A stretch of 64,000 bases of DNA. Origin: Chrysomallon squamiferum (taxonomy: Eukaryota > Animalia > Mollusca). Positions 41,401 to 54,610 of the stretch are shown in pieces. The stretch's first letter is position 1. Every line of letters starts with the position of its first letter. The notes beneath the pieces were generated by a model. The model worked only from the letters and a program-made list of their open reading frames with translations, had not been told where the DNA came from and did no database searches. The position numbers and the translations under genes were made by a program. The DNA lies in assembly GCA_012295275.1 (NCBI GenBank), contig CM022673.1, forward strand, positions 7,936,001-8,000,000. Reading direction: 5' to 3'.

Positions 41401-44400
41401 ATCCATCAAACTATAAATAAATAACTAAAATATATGGCTGCTTAGAGTGAAACAACATTTATCTTTTCATTGCTGTGTTTTCTGTATCTCGAAATAAAAG
41501 ATTTTAACAAGTACAACAAAAAGGAACTAACACAGTTACTATAGCTTTGACTTGATTTCCGGCCCGCCAGAAAATTTGACTGAGAGCTGTAGCCAGGTAA
41601 AACGATCTCTCCTGACAGGAAGGCTGCAAACTGGAAACATATAAATAAATGAATATGTGTGTGTGTGTGTGTGTGAGCAATAATTTATAATCCTTAATAG
41701 AAATTTGTTTTTAAAATGTGATACAAAAATATTAAATATCATTGTTCTAAATTTAGCTCAGAATATTTTTAATGTTTCTTCCTAATGGGGATTAACATTT
41801 AGCATACCCAATGAAACAATTATTAACATATTTATTCTAATTCCAGTAGATAAGTGAAGAAAGATCAAAAGCAAAATAATAATGGCTGTATAATATAATA
41901 CTAAAACACTTAAAAATAAAGACACATATAATCAGAACAATTTAGGTAAATGTGTTTTCAAATTCTGTGAAGATGTTATCCAGTAAAACAATTTATTATT
42001 ATATAAATTAGTCATATTACCATCTTCTTTTAGGGAGTTTTGATTCACCAAACAGCATCTCTTGTATTAAACATGCTTGAACAGATGCCATAACACCACA
42101 AGGTCCTCCCTGAAAATAACAAACATCATAACTCAGTGATTGATAAGAGACATCTATAAGAATATAAAAACATAAATAAACATATGCATACACACATATA
42201 CACCCACCCACTCACAGACTCATATAATGATATATGCATACAACCTCAGCCTATTACTGACAAATGTATTTCATTAAACAAGCTGATAAAATGTACTCAT
42301 TTTCTAAACACAAGCAGAAATATTGCATTTTACTTCCATAAAAATATCTCATTCTAATGATTGTTCTTACGATGAAATGGTAATAATTACATACTATTTA
42401 ATAATACATTTTGTTGAATCTCACCTTTTTCTGAACAATTCCATACTGAAGTTCTGGGATGTCGCAAAAACTAAAACTCTGGTATCTCCATTCATCAACA
42501 AAATTCTGATTTGCTGAACCCAGAACAACAGATTTCAGAGCCTGTGTGAAAAAAATATAATAAAAAATTGTTAAACTATCTGAGGAATTATTAGTGCTAT
42601 AAAATATTTCCACTAATTCAGTAGATATAGTAACAAGAGCCATTTCAATTATAATAAGTAAATAATACAATTAAAAAAATAATAATAATGCAATTTTATT
42701 GGTATTATAAATACTGTTTTCAGTTCTTGAGGAAAAAAGAAGAAAAAAGAAAAGAAAAAAAAAGAATTTATGCCAGAACTAAAATTAACCCAATATTACC
42801 AATTAATAAAAGTATTACACTTTCTTCAAAGACAAATAATTTAACATCAAGTTACATGATATCAAAAATAAAAATATTTAAACACTAACACAGTAAAAAT
42901 AATTAAATATGATTTGCGAAAGCATCACATAGAATATTGGTGCTAATAAAGTTTCTTAGTTATGCCTGTGATAATGAGACTCTTTGAGTATATTATTATA
43001 TTAATTATTATAACTAACTGGGGTAGACTTACTACTGCTGTCTGTAAATCTATTGGTTTGAAATTGAGGGTATTCAGATTAAGAATTTGTGTCTGGTAGG
43101 TTATAGGTCCAAGCTGAACATCATTCATTTCATTTTCAATATCACCAATCTCACTAATTTCCATTTCACCTAACACGGCAGGTTCATCTTTTAAGCTTAA
43201 AGGAAAAAAAAAAAAAGATTTGTACATTTATTAAGTATAATACTATTAATAGTGATAAAAACCACAAAAATTTCATCTTAACTGTCTTCTGCTACACAAT
43301 TATTTAAAAAGAGATATTTATAACAAATTATAAAGACAGCAGTTCATTATAAATGAATTGTACTGGTAGAATTCCAAAATCAAAAGAATAAGGTTATTGC
43401 AATTCAGTTGTTTCCATAAGATTTAAATTGCACTACTTCTTTCATATTGCCAACACTGTTTTTCTGATGAACTGTAGAGTTATACAGAAATAGAATTACC
43501 TGCCATAGGACGATGTGGATCTTGAAGACGGCCTCCTGTTGGCCATACTGGATTGATCCACACTGTAGGTTTGTTCTGTTTCAAGCTGATGCTCCGACTG
43601 TCGTCTGCTTATTTCATTTAAACGTTCTGAGCTTTTCTCAATAACATCTGTTATGGATGCTGGCTTTTTGCTTGTTTCTAATTTAGATCCAGAGACCAGT
43701 TCCTGCTGGGTTTGTGATGTGGACACCACACTTTCAACACTAGATTGTTCTGACAGTAATGAACTGTGAGAATTAGAATCTGACGGTGGGTAACCATTTT
43801 GTCTTCCTTGTGAATTTGAAAATCGTGGTTTTGGTTTATGATAGGCACGTCTTCGTTGAAATTCCTTTTAAAAAAATGTTAAATAAAAGCTATATTTTAA
43901 GCATTGACTATTAAAAAAAAATTTGTAATAAAAATAATAATCATGTATGTATAAAATCATATCAAAAAGCATTTACAAGTGACTGATTTAAGAATTACAA
44001 AAAACAATATAAATGTCATCAAATGAAAAAAATATGTAAGCAAATACACAATATTAATACTTTTTTTTAAAATAAAAAAATATTTAATCCTGTTACAATG
44101 AACAAAGCATACATTTGATACAATGAATTAATGTTTTCTACAGTAAATATTTAAATATTAAAGACTTTATATAATTGGACAAAAAATGAAACAAAGGACC
44201 AAATAATATATAGTCTTAATATTTAGAATAATTCACAAATAATGATTCCTAGTTATCTTTTATCTGTACAATGAAGATAAATATTTACTGATAATTAAAA
44301 ACAGCTAGTCTGAAGTAATTATATAAATTGTTCAAACTCAAAAATAGTTAACAAGGAATAAAATATGGAAAACTCACATCAATATTACTTGTAATTGGAG

Positions 44401-46359
44401 CAGCTATTCCACGTGACCGAGCAGAACTGGGTCGATTATGCCTTGTCCTTGGTACCTGGTCTCCATTTTCTGACTGGGAGAACAGTCCTGCTTTTCCCGA
44501 TCCAACCAGTGTTTCACTATCCAAATCATCTTCTATTACAATATCATTCTTGTTGCCTGATATGAACAATCATGAAATAGATCACTTAACTTCCAGCAAT
44601 ATATTTCAAATTAAATTGTGAATAAAAATAATCAAATTATTTGGATGTAAGAAACAGTTTGTCTTGAACTATTTCAGTTTTAATATTTTGTATTCATTAG
44701 CATACAACTAGAAACACAGCAATGGAATATAATCTTAGAAAAAAAGAAAAAGACACACATTTTAGACATGTGTCCATCCATGCAAATATTAAAATATAAT
44801 TTTTTTTTCAAACACCCTACAGTTTAAAAAAAAAAAAAAGGCATAAAAATTAAACAAAGACACTAACCAACTTTTAAGTTCATTTGTGCAGTTGATGGTC
44901 TGGTCTTGGCAACAAAATGATCAGAATCTGCAGAGGAAGTGAAAGTGTACGATTTTGCAGAATCAATCAAAGGTGGTGAAACAACAGTTGCTGCTGCTGG
45001 TTGTTTAGGATGACTTGACTGGTTTCTAGTGACCGAAACTGATTTGCTGGGATTATCTGCCTGGACATAATCTGACACTGTCTGCTGCTCTTCACCTCAC
45101 TGTCCTCAGAAGCAGTCAGGGTATTATTGTCCCGTTTGCGAGTTTCTTGCAAATTTGGCTGACGTTCCATAAAATATTGTGTCATGACTTCTAGCATAGT
45201 ACGCAAGGGCTTTTCCTGCTCCTGAAAAATAAATAGTACATATGTATGTGTATGTGCGTATATATTATAGGCAACTGGTTTTTGACCCATTCCTCTAACA
45301 AAAAATGATAGATACTTCAGTGTATTGAAATTACATTTTGAATTTGCAGATGCTGTGATACTTATAGGTTTGAAAATATTTTGTTATTAAACAAAAAGAT
45401 TTTACAGATAAATAAATATAACATTTTTAATTTCTTATTATTAGAAATTAACTAGCTAAACTGGTTTAGAAATATTTAAGAGGCTTATAAGTTATATAAA
45501 TCTTATAGTAAATGTAGGTTAAGCACCATATTAATTATGTTTGCATATATATATCATTATATGTAATCTATATGCTCCTGGTACTAATAAATAAATAAAT
45601 TATAATTAAAACAATTTAAAAAAAATATATGAACTACTAATTTGACACTATTTTTAATATACTTACTTTATTTTTTTTCATTAACTTTTCAAGCTTAATT
45701 TCTTTCATAAGAGTTTGGCGATTTCCAATACAATTTGGAGTTCTTGGCAACTCTTCATCAAGGATTTCTAGAGTTGATTTCAACCCCTTAAAGGATAACA
45801 GAATATAATATAATGAGATTGATTTTCAGTTGAATTTCAAAAACATTATACATATAATTAATGAATTAAGCATTTTTGGAATGAACACAATAATAATAAT
45901 TCACACAGACACACACACACACATATTATAAATTACAAATAAAATATTGCAGCATGATTGCTTACATTTTAATAATATGATTAATCTGCATGTTTTATTT
46001 TATCTGTGACCCCATAATAAGAAAACTGTAATTAAATAATATAAATTATAATAACAATTATAAATCATTACCTATTTATTTATTTGTTTTAGATTGCCTA
46101 TTCCAATTCAAAACAAAATAATATATTATCTAGTATTTTATCTTAATCATATGTACTTATACCATCTATCTAAAATGCAATTTAATTTTAAAGCCTTATT
46201 ACTGAAACAGTCACTACGGCATTATTTTTTTTTATTTATCTTGAAATGAAACAGATTTGAAAAATAATATTAACTGTTTTGGGCTCATACTTTACGACTA
46301 AGGTATTCTCTAACAAGAGAAGACGCTACATCCTCTACATATAATCTTGCTAAATCCAT
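38498..46359 (-). CDS. MINDY4: MINDY-family K48 deubiquitinase 4 (FAM188B), 17 coding exons
   Basis: Exons 46359-46291, 45786-45667, 45221-44868 (internal frameshift, or alternative donor at 45101), 44556-44378, 43864-43500, 43195-43033, 42541-42425, 42109-42021, 41630-41532, 41205-41142, 40915-40850, 40536-40466, 40308-40245, 40026-39865, 39457-39277, 38944-38872, 38546-38498. N-terminus [20 protein letters not shown]. Catalytic motifs QKKGGPCG and [25 protein letters not shown]-terminus [11 protein letters not shown]...DWNGYEPIL. Confidence 0.92.
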
Positions 46360-46805
46360 TGGTACTTTGCAACCCTTACTTAATGCTGTTTCCACGCCAT
46401 ACAATTAACAGACATGCAAGAATTAGTTGCGGAATTTGTACAAAGCAGCCATTTTGAAACAAATTCTGTTCCATAGTGATGTTAAATTCAGAAATGTTTA
46501 TTGTTTTCCGAAATATAATAAAACATTAAATTTAATTTACAAAATTTGTTGCATATATTTTAGAATAGTATTATAATCTATATATATATATTAAATTAAG
46601 TCACATTTCGCCTCTTAATGATTTCATTAAAATATGTATATAATATTAATTTCAGAAATTATTCCGTTAATATTTACATTTTAATAAATCAAGGGACATA
46701 AAAATAACTTTTCAGAAAGAAAAACACAAAAGTTGGATTCAAGTTTTTGCGGGAAAACGCATGAAAAATAATGACTAAAACAAACGTTACTTCTCAGTAT
46801 GAGAA
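46360..46805. promoter_or_regulatory. bidirectional promoter between MINDY4 and TERT
   Basis: CpG-containing gap. YY1-like GCAGCCATTTT at 46445-46455, the same 11-mer as in the TEX10 promoter. E2F consensus GCGGGAAA at 46749-46756. Confidence 0.6.
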
Positions 46806-49800
46806 ATGTCCAGCAAACAAGTACGCATTACATGTTATTTTGACTATTTTAAATGCTAGACATAAGCCTCAATTCTGGTTTATTATTTATACTCGTTTCT
46901 TTAAAATTTTTGTAATTTTCAAGAAGTGGGGTTGGTGGTTCTATATAATAATTATAGTTCCTCATCTGACATGTTGACAGTTCTAGTGCAAAGCAACCAT
47001 CTTGCTGATGTAAAAGAAAATGCTTTAAATGAAATTATTTAAATTCTGTTCACATTTAAAATATAATTTATTAAGGACACACACACACACACACACACAC
47101 ACAAAGGGTTTTAAAATTAAAGCAACATTATACATTATACATTGTTCTTAATATATATTTTATTTATTTACACTGGTAACTTTTATTACTATTTTTGCTT
47201 GCACACTGTGTTTTAAATATAAATCTCAAAAATGGATTCATTAACTTGCTCATATATTTATCTTTTTATAAAACTTAACAGTCAGTGTAATTTTAAACTG
47301 AGCTATTTTATATTGTTCAATCAATGTTTTATTCACTTACTTATTTGATCAAGGTGATCATTATCAGTATCAGATTATAAGGTAAGTTCAAGTTGTCATT
47401 ATAGGTGAGTCTGATGATTTTCCTAGAGTGGGCATATATCATGTGTCCTCCTATGAAAGTAGTAATTTGCATTTGGTCCTTATAAAGAACAAGTTATATA
47501 CCAGAGGGATCATATATAATTTTAATTCTGATACAACAAACGTGTACAAATTTTAAATCATTAAAGCTTTTATTAGCAGGACACAAACCACAGGGGACAT
47601 GTGGAAAAATGTTCAGTGTTCTAAATAGGCAGGTAATTTCTGGATCTTTAATTTTAATTTTAACAGGTATTTGCCATTTTTGAACAATTGTATGATCAAG
47701 TATTCTATCTTGTGGAATGGCTGCACCAGCTAATAGATGATATAGATTTCCCTCAAGAATTAATTCAAGAATCAGATTCAACTAGGTAAAGTTTATAATA
47801 TCTATTTGTATTATAAATATGAACACAATAAGTGTATGTTGGATGCAGATATTGATTCAAAAGTAGAAATCTTATATTTCTTCTAAGTTCTGTGTGAAGT
47901 TTTAAAATCTTTCTATTATTATTATTTTTTTTTTGATCATTCCATGATATTTGCTGTTTGTTTATGTTAACTTTTAATTGTTGTAACAGTTAAATTAGCA
48001 TTGACAATTCACATAATAATTATTCATTATATACTTAATGTTAATGATTTGATAATTTATTTATGTATAATATATCACTGAATATTTGTTAATTTATTTT
48101 CTAGATTTTTTTTATTTCATTTTTTTTTTTTTTATTATTCAGTCATATAAATTATTTGGTGTTGAATAAACATGCTATAATGGTTAAATGTAAATTGTTT
48201 ATTGCCTGAAAATATACACTACAAAACTTTCTTACAAAATACAGTTACAGAAATTTGCTGGAGACAGCTGTTGTTGGAGTTAATTCCCCTATTAAGCCTT
48301 TTCCAACTGAAATTCATTTCTCACAGGAAAGTCATCAGCAGGAAATTATTCTTAGAGTTATTGAGGTCAGTTGGAAAAATATTACGTAAAACTGCTTTTA
48401 CATTTTCATTTTATGTATTTTATTTTATTTTATTGTTTGATGTTGAGAGAGCAGTAAGATATGACAATACCATACATGAAAAAAATGTGTTTTAATTTTT
48501 GTTTTATAAAACTGTTTGCTTATCCGAAAAGCAACAGTCCTTATGCGAATAATAATAAAAATCAGTTAAAAACTCTTTTCAGTCGTAGTCTTTAACAGTT
48601 TAGTAAAAATGTCTCTTTCAGAAGAGCTGACATTGTTACTTGTACTATATTATATATATTTCTACTTCACAAATATATTTTAATTCTATTTTCATTTGAA
48701 ATTACCAAAGGTTTGAGTAAAGTTGTGGTAATATTGATTACATCCTTATATATTCATCAATATTAATAAATGTTTTTAACTGAACATTTGTTTTCATTGA
48801 ATTATAAATTATTATTTGTTACAGCAAAGAAATTTGTTAATTTATTTTCAATTTTTTTCAGAAACTTTTGAGAAAGAAAGGGAAAAATGTTTTAACATTT
48901 GCCTTTAGGTCTGTGAGTACATCTGAGTTTCCAGTTAAAAGAATATTTTAAAATCACTATTTTTTTGTGAATGGATTAAGTATTAGAAACCAAAATGTAA
49001 TTATATAATATTAAAGCTTGCCAGACAGTTTAAAGTGATGTCTGGGAATCCAATTTTTTTATTTCCAGACTAAGATGATGAACTTTCAATATTTTCTTCC
49101 AGTTTTAATCTGTGTGTGCATTTAATTTTTAATTATTATTATTATTATTATTTTTTAAATTTTTTTTATTTATAATTGTTAACAAAATAAGTTACTTAAA
49201 GATTCCTTTGCTTTTGTTTGTGTTATAACAGTTATCTGATGATCCAGATGCTCACAAATCTTCTGTTGGAAGTATTGAATGCTATTATCCAAACAACAGT
49301 GTTAGTCATTTGCAGTACAATTCCTGGAAGACATTGTTGTCACGGTATTGTAAACTTATTAAATTACTTTTTTTTTTTTACCTCTGTCTAAATTATAATT
49401 AATGATCAAAATAGCATATTAAATTACAGTCTCTCATAATTATGAAGCCAGAGAGAACCCATTTATGTTATATAATGATATATAAATTATTACTAATTTT
49501 CAAAACATAATATCTACGTTAGTTTAACAACTGTTGCCTGAATTTAACAAAATTATCAACAGATTATTTATTGAAACATTCCTGTAGATATCACTAATGA
49601 CTTTCCAAAATATGTGATTATTATTATTACACCATATTTATATAGCACTATTTCCAGATCAAGTATGTTAAAAAATAATAAACTAAAAGACGAGAAGACA
49701 TGGGATATAAACATATTAAAATGAATGTAAAATTAATGTAGAACATGTTGAACTGAGTGTAGAAATAATGAAGTAGGCCATAAAATTGTGTTTAAAACAA

Positions 49801-49985
49801 TTAATGAATACATTATTAATGGAATAATTCTCAGATTTTTCTTTTTAGTGTTGGTGATGAGATCATGTTTTATCTTCTAGAAAACACATCAGTGTTTTTA
49901 CTTCTACCTCCAAGTTGTTATATTCAAGTAGCAGGTTAGAATTCTTCATTCTCTGTATCATTTACATATACCAGAATACACACAA

Positions 49986-50024
<39 letters not shown>

Positions 50025-53000
50025 ATGGATATGTACCCTGTGTGTTGGTGTTGAATAGTTGAAAGACTTACTGAATTGATTTTTGTCAAAAATAATAAAC
50101 AGTTTTGTTAATAAATTTCTGTTCTGGGATATATACATATATATATTTGTGTAAAGATTTATTTTTGTATCTAGGAGAAGAAAAAAAATTATATATATAT
50201 ATATATATATGCCCATTAAGGCTTTTAATAATGCAGTTTATTTTTTAAAGGTTTACCTGTTTATGAGCTGTGGCCATACAAGGCAGGGAAAGGTCTGGTT
50301 TGCAGAACTGACAAACATGTTGCAAAGAAACTCAAAAGATACTGGCAGAAATTCTCAAAAACTGCAAATAAATTGAATAAATATGAATACCAACGAATAA
50401 AATATGATAACTACAGTGAAAATGAACATTCTGAAAATACATCTCACAGAGAATCAGGACATCTGAGTAAGAGATCATCTGCTCTAGAGAGTATTTTCAA
50501 AAGAAAATATGATCCTGGCCTTTTGAAAAAGAAAGAATCACAAACTGCACCTGGAAATGTCACAGATTATCATATGACAGATGTATTTGGTATTAATACA
50601 GACTGCAAAACAGACACTTTTAAAATATCTTGCCAAAAATCATCATCTTCCAGCTGGTCAAACAATGATGAGGGTGACAAATTGAATAAATCTGGGGATG
50701 AAAGTCATCACCTGGGAAGAGGTATTAAAAGAAAATTGTCTATTGAAATTGATGGAGAATCACAGTCAGAAGGGAAACATCTAAAACTGGAAGAAATTAC
50801 ACCAGTGAAAAGATCTCTTTATGAAGCCATTCCCATTGGTCGACTCAACAAAAACTCAAAATCATTTGAGTTTCTCTCAGAATCCGCTGAGTCTTCAAAT
50901 AATCTCATTTTAGTAGATGATAAAAATGTGAGTGAAGATTTATATGATGAGCCTCAACCCACAGATAAAATTGCTAAAGCTTTTACTGGTATAAAACCAC
51001 ATGTTGTTGCTAATGAAAAAGATGTGTTTTACCCAGTAAAGAAAAGGAAAAGGAAGAGAAAGAAAAAATCCAGTAGTTGTGCAGACGTCAAAAATTATAA
51101 TCCATATAAGTATGTTCTTCATATTTCTGAAACATAATTATAAACAAAAATATATTGAAAAAAGTTCTCTGTTTAATTTATTCTTGAGTAATTTTTCATG
51201 AAGATGTATGAAATTTAAAAAAGAAGTTTCTGAAAAAGTTTTGTTTATGTTTTAAAATCACAAAATTCAATTTTAATTAAAGATTAATTTTGAATAAAAT
51301 ATTTTCTTACATGTTTCAAGTGCAATATTTTGATATATAAATAGCATTAAATATTATTAATTTGTTTTTTTAGTAGTTAATTGTATTCAAATTTAATTTA
51401 ATATTTCTCAGAATAATATGTACAATGCTATACTGATTTTTGAAAGGTGTTGGATCAGTATTCACTGAACATAACAATCACAACTTTAATATATTATTAG
51501 TTAATATAAAGTAGTTTAGGAGAATATTTTATTTTATTTTCTTCAGTTTTCACAAATATTTGTCAAGAATGAATTTTCTGTACAACAAAAACCCTGAGAA
51601 GGTTTCAATAAGTCATGTGAGTATTTTTTTATTAAAGAGTGTATTTGTCACTAGCTGATGCAGCAATTAGTAAACAAATTGTTGAAATATTATATTAAAA
51701 AAACATTTGATACCATATATCCCCAAAACCAGCTCATTTTAAAAATATTTTTGCAGTTTTATATTGTATTTTGTTGTATTTTACCTCTTTTCTCCTCTTC
51801 TTTTTTGTGTTTGCCATTTCTCTCTTCTTTTCCATTCATTTCTCTGTTCTAATCCATCTTTCATGTATTATTCTTCCAATAACACCTCCTTTATCTCACT
51901 TCCATCTTTCCTGTTATCATAATCAAAACTCCATTTTATTATTATATATGTTATCTGTTTTCAGTTTGTTTGAACCGTCTAAATGCAGATGAATTATTCA
52001 GGCATATCTTCACAGAAACAGCAGATTTGAATCCATCATGTAGTTCCAAAGTTAATATACAATCTCAACCAGGAAAAAATCAGTCTTCAGATCATACTGA
52101 TGAAAATCTTCATACTACAGAAAATAAGGGCAGAAGTGAGCAAGACAGCAATAAAATAATAAATAAAGAAATAAATGATATAAAGAATCCATGCATTGAA
52201 GAAGAATCACATATTCCTTCACTGGATGCCTTCAGTATGAATAATGCTCACCATGATCTCAAAGACATTTCAAAACCTGAGGAAGAATTACAAAATCCAA
52301 ATTCAAATAACCTTTCATTTACTGCAGTTGAATCATATTCAATGCTGCCTTCATTTGTAGAACAAACTATATTGACTTCTCCAGAGGGTGTTTGTGAATC
52401 CAAACAAATGAAATATAATTCATTCAGAGATCAGTCAGACTTTAATGAAACTAAAAATAGTTTATCTCTGACCTTGTCATTTGACACTGAAGATGGAAAC
52501 AAAGACATCATCATCAACAAAACAAGAAATGACTGGTTCTGACATTAAACAAGATGAATACATCTTTATGATATCATCTAATGACAAAGATGAAGATCAA
52601 ATTAGCTCTTTGAATTTATTACCCATTAAAGAAACAGAATTTTCCTACAAATGAAGTCTTCAGATGATGGACAGATTGATCATGAACCAAAACTTGTCTT
52701 ATCTTCTGATAACAGTGGCAACAGTGTTAATTTTTCTTCCCAAGAATTAAATAACAAAAATGAAAGTCTTGTTCTGCCTGATGTTAATAAAAATGATGAA
52801 GCTGAACAAAAATCTGTTTACAAGTCTTCCATGCCAAGCTGCAGTTATTCGACCAGTGTGACTGAAACATCAGAAAAGATATCTTTTTCTTACAAGTCTC
52901 ATTCACATGATGGTTCTGGACTTCCACTGGAAGAATCTGAAACACAGAAATCATCAAGTTTATCTCCAGCTGTGGATTCAGACAACTGCACCTCTCAAGA

Positions 53001-54577
53001 TTCAAGTAATTATGAGATCAGCGAATTTTCTTCTTCACTGGAGAAAAATGTGAATGATACAACATCTAAATGCAAATCTAGAATCTCTGAAGCAGCTCAT
53101 TCAAATCTTGTTAAATGTGACAACTCAAGAGATTTGTGTTCCAGGTCGAATATTACTACAGACAAAATAGTTTCAGTGTTAAGAAAAAAGGATGGCATAT
53201 TACCAGAAGAAATTTTGATTAATAACAAGGGGAACAACTTGGATGATATTTTGAATGATAATAATCAAATGGCTGAGGATAATAATAAACCTGTCCTTTT
53301 CAAAGAAATAACACAACAAAATCATTCCAACTCCTGTTGTAACAAGAATCCAAAGGAAAAATTATCCAACAAAATCATTCAGAAGAAAAATTAGAAGTAG
53401 ATGAAATTGACAGAGAGAAAAGACATCTAACTCCAGTTTTGGAAAATAGCAGTTCATTTCACAAAGATGTTTTGGCTTTGCTAAAGAAAATGATTTCAAA
53501 TCATGGGTAAATATTTAAAAAATACATTAGTGAATTACTTGGGCATGAACCACATATTTATGTAACTTAGAAAAAATGTAAAGGTTGAATGGAGTATTAT
53601 ATTTAAACAAATCTTTTTTTTATTAGCTTCTGTTTTTCAAATCAGGATTAAAATAACTTTCAAATTTTTAATTTGCATAAATTTTGTTCTTTTTGAATGA
53701 AAATTCGGCTGGTTTATAGTTAAGAACTATTCTAATGAAAATATATAATTTAAGCAAATAAATATTTTTCTTTGAAACACACATTTAATATTAATCTCTG
53801 TTTGTTGTTTAGGAAGTGCCCACACAGACAGTTACTGAATCATTACTGTCCTGATGGTATCATGAAAAAGAAAAAGAAGTTGACTGAGAATAAGACCTCA
53901 GCTCAGTGCAATATGGGGAGATCAGGCTCCAAAGAGACTTTGTATTCTAGAAGAGGTAGTCAACAGTGTCCTAAACTGTGTGCACCAGTTGTTACAAGAG
54001 GAAACCTGGGGAACACAAAATATAAAGGTGTGGTAGTAAACACATCCAGACTTGGATTTGGGGTATCTAATGTGTGTGTGTACCTGTTTGCATGGATGCA
54101 TGCATGTATGTGTGTGTGTTTGTATAGATTATTGAAAAGCTGGTGGTAGTAGAGTTGAATTGAAAGTTCATTTAGCCCCTGTTTCAGAATTAAGAACTTA
54201 GAACTAAAGTTTTAAGCACCTTTTTATAAAATGGAAACCGTAGACAATAATTTTTAGTCAAACAGAAAGGTGTTTTGGTCAGAATGGAAGACAACACATT
54301 TGACACTTGTATAAACATTTATTATGTGATCCATTATATTTCATCCTTATGCTAAGATTGAATACTTAAATGCATCTTCAAGCAGTTTTTCCTGTTTTAT
54401 CAGTAACCTAAGTCCTTAAAGTTATTTTTCAATTCAGATAAATGTAAGCATGTACGAAAGTTTTGACATTAACCTGATTAATATTTCTACTTGGTCTTTT
54501 ATTTGAATAAGATATATTTTTCTTTTGATGATTTGAAATTGTTATCAGTTAAATTGTTTAAATAAAAATCAATAAAA

Positions 54578-54610
<33 letters not shown>

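Noticed and set aside
47609-47666. Alternative TERT start MFSVLNRQ
   Set aside because: It needs a 34-nt intron, which is implausibly short. The ATG at 46806 is preferred but unproven.
54170-54440. Possible MITE in TERT intron 10 (TAAGAACTTAG / CTAAGTCCTTA)
   Set aside because: The inverted match is short and degenerate, with no target-site duplication.
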